This document shows, one piece after another, positions 47,009 through 59,682 of a DNA stretch of 64,000 nucleotides. The first letter of the stretch is position 1, and each line of letters starts with the position of its first letter. Below the pieces are notes generated by a model. The model saw only the letters and a list, made by a program, of their open reading frames with translations. It searched no databases and was not told the DNA's origin. Made by a program: the position numbers and the translations under genes. The stretch is from Sporopachydermia quercuum (taxonomy: Eukaryota), in NCBI GenBank assembly GCA_001599295.1, contig BCGN01000001.1, positions 1,736,001 through 1,800,000 of the forward strand, in the 5' to 3' direction.

Positions 47009-50000
47009 AATTCAAAAAATGAGTGATTTTGAGTACTGGCCATCTGGTTATCTGAGGATTACAGATGCTCAATAATGACATCAAGGTGTGTAAATTACTT
47101 CTATGTGGTGGGATTGTAGTATATATTTAGAGTGTTTAGGGTGTTTAGGAAAGGGAAGACAACAACTGATAACTGGAAATATCTAAGAAAATATAAGAAA
47201 AAGAATTATAAATTAGCTTAAGGAAATTGAAGTAAATATTTCATGTCGTAATTTTCATTGTAATGGTATCTGTTCTTTTTCCGATAACCTATTTGATTGA
47301 TATACATATGGGGACCTGACTAGGTGAGAGTGAAGAAATGATGAGGTATTTCCTCGATAAAGAAATAAACTTCGGGAACTAATAAAGTTTCAGCGCAGAT
47401 TTAACCTTAATTTATTTTCTAAGAACTTTATGAGCTGAAATAGTGTTTAACTAAATCTCGTAAACCTTTAATCAAAGGAAAATAAAATTACATCGGCTTT
47501 CAATGCTCATCTTATCTTTATTAGTTTAACTTTGAATGAACAGGGTGGAAAATACATTAGGAACTTCGGAAATCTGCGAAGCTCAAACCTTTTTGATTTT
47601 GGTTTATTTTTTCTAAATAGAGATTTGACATTTTTACATGTTCGGATATGTTCGCGACTTGTTTCATTAGTGATATTTACGAGATAAGAACGGGTGCGTT
47701 GAAGACTTACAAACCAGTTCTGGTATCTCAATGAACATCTTCTGGTCAGAACAACAGAAAGTACAAGCGGAATATTTGGAAATAGTTTCTCAGCTTTTCG
47801 CTATAATAGAACCTAAAATATAAAAGAGACAAGTACCAGAAACTTACTGCTATTAAGTGTATGCCGCTATTTTGGTACATTATTTTGACAGCCAGTCAGA
47901 TGAGATGATTGAGTTTTCAGAAAATACCGAGATGCTTGAGAGAACCGAAAATGATGATTTGATGGAACTAAATTTTATCATCTCTTAAATTTTAAGTTCT
48001 TAATTGACAACGTAGAATTATGGTATGCTCTCTTAGATTTTATATTTCTCCAACCATGTATTTTAGGTAGCTATGAAGTCAATGAAGCCGTAAAAATATA
48101 AAGAACTAGATATCAATATATAGTTTTCCCCTTATACATTACGATTTTAGACAATTAAAGGAAACGTCTCTTTCAAGTTTATTCACATTCTTATATTAAT
48201 ATCATTGTTTCGCCTAAACAGGTTTGCTGTAGTTATTCATTCATAGAACTGGAACTTTGTCAGCTTTATAACCATCACACATCAAACTTCAGGAGCAGAG
48301 CAGTTTCAAATGGTGGTTAACCTGGCTCAATATATTTACAAATGTATAATTCAAAACATGAAATGAGGAAAAAACATTATTAACTTTGTTTTCTAGTAAT
48401 TTAGCTTACTTACCCTTTGAAAGTTCCATGACATCCAGTTCTCAGTGGTCATTGTTTGCTTTCGAACTGAATGATTGATTAACACAAATCTATTCCATAC
48501 ATTTCTTTAAAGTTTGGTTCAAGCATCCAATTATTTCTCTTGGATAGTCTGCATGACATAAATGGAAAGTCCAGTTCTCATTAGTAAGGAGATTAAATGT
48601 AACTCTTCTGATAGTCTCCACTTCTGATCAGCACTGCTAAGCTTGTTACTTTACTTTTCCTAATCTGACCTTCATTCACCATATCCTTCAGAGTTTTACA
48701 CTGTAATTATAATTTAGTTTCCTTTAAACTTTGTCTTCCCAAAAAGGTTTGTAATTAGTTCATAGTTCTGAAGTCAGTGAACAAGCTCTAACTTCAGTAA
48801 TATTCTGATAGTTGGAAAAATCTTGAACATAAATTAGCCAAATGTTCTGTTCCATTTCTCCAATTCAGCCAGAATTGCTAAAAGTTAAAACTCTACTTAA
48901 AATATATTTCCAGCTTCATTATTAGAATATTTTTCTTAATGTTTTGACAACATTGGTAGAAGAAAAGGGATGAAAAGAATTTAAGCGAGTTACCAGTAAT
49001 TGATAACAAATGAATGAACTGACAGTGAAATAAAAAAGATAGTTCTTTTGAGACAGTTACTACTACTAGTACTATACTAGTATTATTATCATCCTGTCCA
49101 CGTATTTTTGGTTTTATCATGTATATTCTTTTGACCAATATTTTGATCTTTGTTTTGCTTTAGTATGTTTCCTAAGTTTCTAAAGTTTCCTAAACTTCTA
49201 CGTACTCAGTATCAGAACTAGGATGTTGAGGAATAAGTTTCTGGTTTTTGCCAGTAATTATAGATTTTCAGTTTAGTTAATGAATAACTTACCCTTGTAG
49301 GTTGTCGAACATGATATCAGAGTAAAAAGTACGATTTCTTAGAAATACAGATAGCACCATATGTATTGTATGGTATGAAATGGCATATGGTCTATTCCCT
49401 CTATTGATGATTGGAAACAGTTTTTGAAACGTTTATCAAACTTTGTAGAACCTGGAATCCAATAAAAAAGAAATTAATAACAGTAGATATTACATAAGTC
49501 AGAGTTTATTTTAATACTTGGTTTCGGTACGAAGCCTTTACTTTTAATTAGAGGAACAGATGCTTTCAACAAGGGATAGCAATCGCCAGTAGAAGTTCAT
49601 ACAGCTATATAGCTAATTCAAGTAAATTGGGTATATAATAATCTTGAAGTATCTGATTTAACGTATTTGGTTTAGCAATTAATCGATATTAATTCTGGAA
49701 CATCAGTTTTTGGTAGCCATTAAATTTTGGCTCAAAAGCATCGAGCTACTTCTTTGAAATTGCCATTTGAACTGAGTTTAGATTTCTTTATTTCAAACCT
49801 TCTTATTGACTAGAAAAACTTCTGATTCACCTTGATGATTATAAAGAGATATTCTGTTGATTAAGTTGAATTTAAATTTGCCTTATCTAATCAACATTTA
49901 TCTAATCAACACTCAATATTGAGTGATAAGGTCCTGAATTCTTCCATGGCCCATTAAAGAATATGACTATGCATAGAGTACATTCGAAAATTTCAGGATT

Positions 50001-53000
50001 ACATACTTCAACTTTCAACATATTAGTTTTCCTGATACTATACAATCGTATTAGATTTACAAGAATAATATTATAACTAATAAATTGAGTGATTGATAGA
50101 TATCGCAAGCAAGATATGTGTTATTCATCGCTAATACTGAAAATTTACATCATCCAGTAGCTCTCAAGATAAGAAAACCTCTGAATGCTATTATCAATAA
50201 GTTCATTCTTATCTAATTTGGTTAAATGGTTGGTAACTATTTCTTGAGGAACTCTTCTTATTCGTCGAAAGCGGAGTGAACAAGTCAAAATGGTAGTCAT
50301 ATATCCTACTTGGTGTGACTACTACTTCGAATATTGTTTAATTCTTACATCTCTAGTGTGAGCATTATGTAATAATGAGTCAAGTACAGTCGTGTTTTGA
50401 GTCCTTTGAAGTTAAAATGCCCCAAGAAATTTTTAGCTCAAGTACTGTTATTGAGTGAATGATATGGAAGATGCGTAGGATACTTTAATTCTTGATGCGC
50501 TTCGAGTGAATTATTTCTCTAGTAGCTCAATTACCTTTAACTTCTATATTTGGTTAATGTTTAGTTCGAAAAATGAAAATTGTCACCTTCTGTTTCCTTA
50601 AAAGGAGATTGTTTCTCCTGCAATTACAAATGTTAAAAGCTAAGTCTAACTTTATCTTCAGGTTGCCGAATTAACTTTAGTTTCTAACTCTAATTTCTAG
50701 ATTTCTTCCCTTTCCTTCTATTGTTTGTTTACTTCAGACAACCAATTTTTTATGTTGTGCAAAATATGAAGATGCTTGAACAGAGGTTGAAGAAATCATA
50801 CAGTAGACAGTATACTAATCAAGATAATGTATCAAAACATAAGGAAGGAGTAATGCAATATAGAACATGGAGTTAATAAAGTCCTTTTCTAGACATATGT
50901 CAATAACTGATATTTTCAGGAGTTTTAGAGAAGTCCATATGATCACATTACCGCTCGCGAAGGGCTAGAGTCTCCGGCTGTTATCATTCTTTTGTATTTA
51001 CCAATTTTCAGACAATTGCACATTCTGGAATAGCAAGGAGGACTATGATTACTCAGTCTATAAAGCTCTTTTCACAACAATTACTTCGATTGAGCAAGTA
51101 GTCCATAAATCTGAGCCGTTGATTTCCAGTTCTTGAAAGGTACCCTTCTGTTGATTACCAAATTCAGCTTAATGTCAAAAAGTATATGTCCAAATTTGGA
51201 AATCAATATTTTAGTTGGAGAAAGATATATCTCATCTTATGGATATCAATCTTCATAGGGCATCAAAAGCCAAGATGGTGGATTCTAGGATATTTACTAG
51301 TTACTTAATCAAAGTTATGAGTTTTCTAATAACGACATTATTCGTAGACAGTTCAGTCTTAATTCAACATGTATAAAGGATGATCATCAACTGAAGTTAA
51401 TGCTGCGATTAGCTCAATTTCATTATAATTTCATCACTTGAAATTGCAATCTCAGCGAATATTATGAAGTTCTAGTTCATCCTTTCCTCAATGTAAAATC
51501 CGTGAATCTTCTTAGACTAATAATTGTTCCAACTTCTCTGAAAGCTTCTTTGTACAGTAAATGGAATTCTTATGCTGCCCAACGAAAGAATATCTCAACC
51601 TAGAAATTATCTCACTAAAATGAAATAACACAAATTTTTATTCCAATTAACTATCAAGTACTTTATATGATAGCTTATTTTGCTGGATACTTAAGTTGAG
51701 TACAGGAAGCCCCTATGCAAGGGTAATAATCAGGAATTTCTCTCAAGGATGGATGAGTTATATCCGTCAGAAGTTTGCTTGATACATCGTTTGAAATTCG
51801 AAAAACATATCATTCTTCTCTATGGTTTCGTCATTACCTGAGAGTGAGATAATTAGTGGTTTCCCTTTTGATTGAGGAAATACTCGGCTTCCACTAATCA
51901 CTAATCTAGAAGAATCTTGACTANAAAGGTATAACTTCTCACTTCCTGTCTTCCATCGAACTAACGGACGGCCACCTTATACCTATGTTCTAATACTGTA
52001 TGTCGTAATACTTAATGTACCACTATATCTCGTATATAATAGTTACTAATCATCAATAAACTTTGCTCGTAGTCGAAGAAGACATTTTTTCTCTTCGAAT
52101 TCAACGCCAATTCTTCATGATAGCACAAGCGCCGAAGTTAACTTTTAATTGGCTAATGCTTCAATGCAATTCTGCATTTCAATTCTAAAATCCAAATAAT
52201 TAATCCGAAAACATATAAGAATCTGAAAAGGAGTTTAACTTAATACTGGAAATGATAGATGACAAGTAAAATTTAGATATAACGAACTTGCTAATCTAAC
52301 CTTATAACTTCGCAGTATTTATAGTTTTGTCTGAGATTGGTTTTGNGCATCAAAGCTTATTCTACCTGCATATGGTGGAGAATCATCGTATTGCTCATCT
52401 TCCGAAAGAACTTTCTTTCATTGAAGCGCGTTGATATCATAATTTTAATAAATTTAGTAAATATAACAGAATTTAATAGATATCATTAAGAGTATGCACG
52501 GAAAAGAAATGAAGAACTAAAAGTTAGTTGGACTATGGAAAAAATGATTTTATTGATACTGAAACTTCTCATATGTAAACATATTAGGTAGCTTTAAATG
52601 GATTTGAAATATTCGGGTTCCTAGGATTTGTTATCGCTATTATTTTCTTCGGGATATTGGTAGTAATATTCATATGCCGAAAAGTTATTGCAAATCTGTT
52701 TCCAAGTCTTAGGTGACTAATTAGGAAATATTCGAACAAAAGAAGAATAGTGCATCTACACTTCCATATAGGTATGGCAGTCGCGGGCCAGAGGTATAAA
52801 ATTGACGTGTTTATGCATTAGATGATTATAAAACCCAATTATAGGAAATAATTACCATCTTGATTTGGCACGATACGGGATGAGATTAAAGGGGATGGTT
52901 AGTTCAGTTTAATGAAAATACATCGCTAGTTTAGTGAGAGTAGAATAGAAACTAAATGATCCGAATAAGATGTGAGGAGCACTAGAGATAAATGGAAACT

Positions 53001-54449
53001 AGGCGAAAAATATGAATGTGGATGTGATAGACATTGAATTCCCGAGTATTATAAACGTAATAGAAAATCTATTGTGTTCTAAATACCGGTATTAGTAATA
53101 CTATTGCAACTAGAAGTAATAATTTGGAGGAATAGTTTTCATAATCACTTTTCAGTGTAATGTCTCATTAACATCAAAATATTAAATGTCCTCCAAGAAC
53201 TGAAGAATCATTGATATACAACTATTCCATTGTTCTTTCGTAATCCTCATGTTCTCCACTTGTGGTTTTTTTCTAATAGAAATCTTCATTTTCTCATTTT
53301 CTTATTACCCTCTTTTGTTTTCCATTCTCTCTGAAAACTCTTACAATCACATTCAAAATAGAAACCCAATTCGATCTTATCTGGCATCTTTATTTTTTAC
53401 TTTCGATTTCACTTTAGTATCAAACATATACGGCTCTCTACATGTAATTCAATTGGAGGGTATATATGTAAAGTTGAACTACTGAGGAGGAATTCTAGAA
53501 CCTCGTGTATTGAGTATTAATTTTATATTATTTGGTTGCGGGCCAAATCCGTTTCTATATTGAAGAGTAACAATATGAATATATATGATTAATGACCATA
53601 AAAATAAAGCCGAATTTGAAATTGAATTCCATAGATTTGTCCCCACCTAACACTGAAAGCCTAACATATCTCAGTATTGCAAAACTTCTCATAGTAAATA
53701 GACATTCGCATCAGTTAAAATATGTGTCGAGTAATAAATTTTTGATTTCGACATAGGGCTAAAAAAANATGTTAAGCAGAAGAAACTTCGAATTTACTCG
53801 TCTTCAATCTGCCCGTCAATTGTAATTTCTATTTCTTGTGTCTGGCAACCAATTGCCAGATGCTTGATTCCCCACCAAATATTTCCTAGCATTCTCCACT
53901 ATGTCAATCGTACTACTTTTGTTTTCATTTTGGCATGCCGCCATAGTAGAAGTTATTCCAGACCCTAGAAGTCTAGAAACATTTTTATAAGTCACAACTT
54001 AATTTTAGTTATACTGGAGATACCTAGAAAGCAAATCCCCTAAAACCAGAGTTTAAATAAGGCTAAACTTTATTATATTAATCTGTCCACGTTATCTCCA
54101 TTCGACGTTTCAATTAACTCTTGCTCATCTTTGGAATAAACTTTGACATTTGGTTATGAAGGTTTTACAATAATAAATATATATATAAGAGATAATCCAT
54201 TGCAACTAGAAAAAAAGAAAAAAGGTTACGACTGAATAAGAAATCTAATTATCCATATATTCTCATTTTACATCATTTTGCAAGCGAAGATATATTAACG
54301 TAATCTGTGATTATTTGATAAAAGCTCTTTTCATTAATCATATCTCGTAATAGAACATATACCATCTGTTACAGTGCACTACTTTCATTGGTTTTAATAG
54401 CCATCTGAAGGTCTAATTTATGAACTAAAAACTGGCTGAGCAATATAAA

Positions 54450-55487
54450 ATGTTGTATGCACCCGATTATTACGGACCATTAGGAACAAATGGTTTCCCT
54501 GCTGACAATGGATTTGATCATAGTAATCCTCAACTACCTGTTACATATCATGAACCTATTTATGATGATCGGTATCCGGATCTAAATCAGGATTCAATTC
54601 CACCATCGCACGAATACAGTCTAGCAAGTACACATTATATGTTTTATCCAAACATAACTGCACCATCTATGAACTACTCTTCAAGTGAGAATTCGGTAGA
54701 TCAATTTGAGGAACCAATTTTCAATCAATCTGATGGTGCTGCTGCTCTATGTATATCTCCCATGATCTCCGAACCTTTGATTAAAGCACCATTGTCGGAG
54801 GATAGTGAATTTGGCACGTGGCGCAATACGAATCCTAAAGGTGCTTCGTTATCACCAAGAACTTTTGAAATAGATAATGCAGAACTCAAAATAGTACCTC
54901 AGTTGGACATGAGGATATTTCATAACGATGATAGTTCCAACAATAATAATGAAGGTGGTAGTCATGAGAACACTACGAATGATTCACCAGAATTGAATTC
55001 TAGGTTCGAGCTGAGCTCTCAAAGCATTCCTAACTTATCTAGTATGAGTTCTCGGCAGTCGTCTGTTCATATGATGCCAAGAAGTGAATCAACTCGAACA
55101 AGTTCTTTGAAGAAGAGAAGAACAAGATCGAAAAGAAATAAAGAGGAAGATGAACAAGCGAAGAGAATGAAACTTCTAGTTCGTAACAGGATTGCTGCTT
55201 CAAAATGTCGGCAAAGAAAAAAGGAATGGATCGGTCAACTAGAACAAGATAACAAGAAGTATACGGAGAAAATTGAACGTTTAACTCACACAACCGCCTT
55301 CTTGACTGAAGTCATATCGAAGCTGAAAAATGTATTGTCAGAGCACAAAACATGTCCCAAATTCTTGAATTCTGGAGGAGTGTTAGAACTCTTAGATATT
55401 AACCTTGCATTGAGTGGGACCAATGCAATGATGGCAGGTGTTGATACTGCAGTGGATGGTTTACCCGAAGAGACCAAAAATCCTTAA
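54450..55487 (+). CDS. CST6: ATF/CREB bZIP transcription factor (Aca1/Cst6 type)
   Basis: KRMKLLVRNRIAASKCRQRKKEWIGQLEQ plus leucine zipper; neighbourhood matches ACA1/CST6. TATA-like ATAAATATATATATAA near 54172. Confidence 0.75.
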   Translation: MLYAPDYYGPLGTNGFPADNGFDHSNPQLPVTYHEPIYDDRYPDLNQDSIPPSHEYSLASTHYMFYPNITAPSMNYSSSENSVDQFEEPIFNQSDGAAALCISPMISEPLIKAPLSEDSEFGTWRNTNPKGASLSPRTFEIDNAELKIVPQLDMRIFHNDDSSNNNNEGGSHENTTNDSPELNSRFELSSQSIPNLSSMSSRQSSVHMMPRSESTRTSSLKKRRTRSKRNKEEDEQAKRMKLLVRNRIAASKCRQRKKEWIGQLEQDNKKYTEKIERLTHTTAFLTEVISKLKNVLSEHKTCPKFLNSGGVLELLDINLALSGTNAMMAGVDTAVDGLPEETKNP

Positions 55488-58238
55488 AACTGTCAATACT
55501 TAGTGTTGACTTATGGGTTGCATGTTAAGAATGATTATCAAGTATTCTTAACAATTGACATTTACGTGCATTTCAGTTTTAACGACTTGTTTTCTTACGA
55601 TGTTTGGGGATTATGATATATCCTTTGTATAAGTAAGTAGAGATTTTCTCTGATTAGAGAACTAAATAATACATCATATTGGCTATTGGGTTTTAAATCA
55701 ATGTAAACAATCGTCAATGTATTAGTTATGTTGGAACAACCANTTGATAGACAGTAGTTAATCTCAACCACCACTTTTCAATTCTCCGATCACACATTAT
55801 ATACATATTATGGTCATGTCGGCTTTTGTTATTCAATAAAAACANAGATCATCACAAGGTTGAACGATTAATTCATATCTTGACATGATAGGGAATATGA
55901 CAAGAATTATCAAAATTTAAGATTGCTAGCATTCTTTATAAGTTTTTCAACTTTATTATATGAAACTCAGGGTATGAATGTCTGTCATCCTAATCCGGTA
56001 ATAATTAGACCAAATTTCTGCATATTGACATCATTTCACTGAGTAACTTTATCTTTTTCTAATAAATTTTTCCTATATTTGGCCAGATTCTTAGATCGTG
56101 GATAATTCTTATTTCAATTATAACTGTAATGATTCATAATTTAGCCCTTAGGCTAAATCATGTGGAAGTGGAGATTCCATCAGAGTGAACATATTATATT
56201 AGTATTCATAAAACCTTTCACTTTCAAGATAATATAAAACTGCTTGTTCTAAATGTCTGCCAACTTTTCCAATGTTAGAATTTGCACACCTTGGTTTCAA
56301 TAAAGCGGCACAACAAAAGATTATCATGTATATTTAATCGAATTTTCTTAGTTGAGGGTAATAGAGATGGTAAAACACTCTCATATTCTATAGCTCTCAT
56401 CTCGACTAAACAATGCAATTTCTAACTGTTGTTATGTCCATTCTTTTACTGAAATGTAATGTCTAATTACTCCAGGTTTCAACTCTATTTTGATTTATGG
56501 ACTAAAAAAGTATTGCCAGGGATCTAAACCGTAAATCACCTAAGTTCAAATGCCGAACTCAAAAAAATCCACTTTTGGAAATTAACGATGATTAAGCTAA
56601 AGTTGCACCACCAGAGTAATAACTTCCAACCTTCTTACTAAACAAGTGTATGCTTTTTACCAGTCAAGGATGGCTCTTCCATTATAAGCAGGGATAAAAG
56701 AAAGATGGACAACAGTATTCTATTCCGCCGTTTGGTGGCTTGCTTCATGAGGTCAGAGCTGCGCTAACAAAAAAAATTGGAATCTAATATGAAAACTAGT
56801 AGAAAATAATGCACAACTACATATGCCTCAAGTTGAAAGCATTCAAGTACAGAAACTTCAAATGTTTTTGCTAGAACTGAATTTCCAGTATAATCATGAA
56901 ACAATCAGGACTGTTGTATAGGTTATTCGTATTGTTGCTTGCACCAAATTCGAGTATATAGTCCTTGGGTGAGTGGAATATCTTTCCCAAATTACTATTC
57001 TATATGTATAGCAAGCCGATAAAAACCAGAAAAGGAAAAATCCCCGATATCTCTTCTAGATATTGGTTTCGTGACAAAAACAATAGTCATCAATTACATT
57101 GAAAGTTCTAAGAAAACCTGATAGGACAAATATTTCACATGTTTTGGCTGGTTAAGAATTTTCGACTGAAGATTGTTTTGGGTAATTTTTCTCAGCTGTT
57201 TTCCTGTTCCTGATTGAGATGAGATAGANCTGAAATTTTGTTGGTATGATTAAATGGTCTGACAATTATCAAAGCATTTACCGAATCTCAGACAGTTCAA
57301 ACTCTCATTTGATTTTTCTATTGTTCCTCAGTTTCATCGGAGAACAATAGAATCTAATCGAAGTTTTCAGTTTTGATTAATCTCCTTGTCTTGTATTGCA
57401 TTGCAATATTCAGCCTCGTTTCTGGCAATGTTAAAGCACATATTCAACTTTGGAATTATATATACTAGAGATCTAGCAAAACTAGGTAAACTATACTTTT
57501 GCATAGTTATATAAATGTAGCCGGTGAGTACCTGTCTACATTGCAGCTCATTCATATAGCATATATATACATATATAAAGAATACAGTAAATAAGAATGA
57601 GCATATAAAATTAAAATTAAAATTAAAGAATTTCATACCCCATTCATTGTTTACTCTTGATTGAAACTGGGTGGCTAATTATTTCAAACTATTAATCTCC
57701 ACCTAACAACTGGAATTCCTTTTGATTCATTGCTCATTCACCGATCGGTGAATGAAATATTAATGTTTAAACATCGTCCTTGCAGTTTTCTTCCAGCAAT
57801 TTCGTATTACTTCACATCTCATTCCATTTTTTTATTTTTTATACAAATTATCCACCTAACTTTATTCAAACAATATGAAATTTTTTACTTAGTGTCAAAC
57901 TCTAAATATGGGTGGGTATCGAAATCTTGCATGTGACGACGGGTTATCGGCATTTAATTTCAACTTGTGTGCATTTATTTACATCCCCAACAATGAAATG
58001 AAATAACCAGAAGCTGACAATGAAGCTAGCAATAATCGTTACTTCGTTGTTTTTGTTTGTAGTAATAGCAATTAAGAACAATATTATATCAAAGATGAAT
58101 TGGATGGTAAGGAAATGTAGGGTACGATATAGAAAGAAATATATGCAAGTTAAGCTTTCTGCTGGTAGAAGCATTCAGAATATAAATTCAATTGAGGCTA
58201 GAATCAAAACACTTCGTAACATATTTTTCAATTTGACA

Positions 58239-59590
58239 ATGAAATATTTTGATGATAAGAAACCAGAATTAGCTCTCGTAAGATAATAGAGACCTTGAGA
58301 ACTAGAATACAAATCGACCAACATAAATTGCATTGCTGCAGAAGACACTGACTCCTTCGAAATATTAACGTGAATCAATAACACATGGGTTAAGGCATTT
58401 GCTCTCATCAGAAGTAAACCGAAAGGTGAATCAATTCATAGTATGTTATTTACTACTCGACTATAAACTAAAACCTATGTTTCGACCATCATATATTAGA
58501 CATGGAGTGATTTACGATCTACTTAACTAACACCAAACAATGTTGGGACAGGCTTCAGGGAAAAGCTTCTGAGAGGTCTGGTTCTCTTCGATGATTTCTG
58601 CGGCATTAATGCCTTTAAACAATCGCAAATTGGTAGAAATGAAACTAAAACCTCTTCACACTACAGAACACAGGATGAAATATTGAAAGGTAATTACTTT
58701 GAGATCTTGCGATCACCCAGTATTCAGTCAGTTGAGTTATTGAGGAATGAAGTCAAAACTACTAGTTTATTTCTAATTGTGAAGCTTGATCAAATGACAG
58801 GTAAGAGAGATTGACTTTATGCATTAGCTTGTTTGAGAATTCAGAGATCCCAACAATCTAATCTTTCATAGAGCAAGAATTTTCATGTTCAGTCAAGAAG
58901 CTCAGCCTCCTTTTGGGAGTTCAAACTCATCGGCAAGAATTCTTTGATTCAAGTTATCATTTAAAGATAGTTGATAGTGTCAAAAAATATCTCACCACTC
59001 AGAGTTCGAATGATTGTTTTACAACCAGTTATTTAACTACGAGGATACTCCAACTTGTATCTGTTTTATGTCAGTTAGGTGATCCACTTGAAGATACAGC
59101 GGAAGATACAGCTCATGACATCGTAGAGTTTTTGGTTGACTCTCTATGCTCTACGCTTATTGACATTACTTATTTACCTGATATAATAGATGTGACCATA
59201 CAGGAAGAGATTTTGAAAGTGTATAATAAGTGGAAGTTGATACCGACGAAAGGACTGGAATTTGTTTCTTTATTGATAGGGAGAATTATAAATTGTTTCA
59301 TTAAATGGAAGCTACTCAAAGTAACAATGAGCGAATATTCATTTGAAGTGCAAAAGCTATATACCACTTATCTGAAGCTCTTATGCATTCTTCAACGAGC
59401 ATTACATGAGAGTGCTAGTGATGACATTTGCATAGTGAGTGAAAAAGAATTCGTTGAGGCCATCAAGTGGAAGTGCATGTTGTTCAAGATTGTTTCCGAC
59501 TATAAAGATAATTCAATGAAAATGTTAGCCAGATTCGATTGGAATTGGTTAAATGATACACATTCTGTGAGACATCCTAAGTTGATATAG
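58239..59590 (+). CDS. MEI4: Meiotic DSB protein Mei4/Rec24 candidate, 350 aa; exons 58239-58277, 58395-58440, 58552-58800, 58872-59590
   Basis: Splicing gives MKYFDDKKPELAL|AFALIRSKPKGESIHSFREKLL, resembling the Mei4 N-terminal signature (LALALAIIRSKP in vertebrates, from memory). All junctions keep frame. Introns 2 and 3 have near-consensus signals; the gene sits next to ACA1/CST6 as MEI4 does in S. cerevisiae. Confidence 0.72.
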
Positions 59591-59682
59591 AGAAATCTCT
59601 TTGCCTCATGTCAGCTAGTTTTATAGTCTTTATATTGTTGATCAATTAATAAATAACATTATACTCTACCTTCAATAAGTTA

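Noticed and set aside
48490..48860. Retroelement-like peptide scraps on the minus strand (IWLIYVQD; YPREIIGCLNQTLKK)
   Set aside because: Short, stop-interrupted and lacking catalytic residues; not distinguishable from chance without a profile search.
52562..53693. Repeated AAACTTCTCATA 12-mer in the desert
   Set aside because: Matches of this length are expected by chance in several kb of AT-rich DNA; no extension into an LTR-like repeat.
58020..58238. Hydrophobic 73-aa N-terminal extension of the MEI4 candidate (track ORF 58020-58286)
   Set aside because: The Mei4 signature normally lies near the N-terminus, so ATG 58239 fits better; cannot be fully excluded without TSS data.
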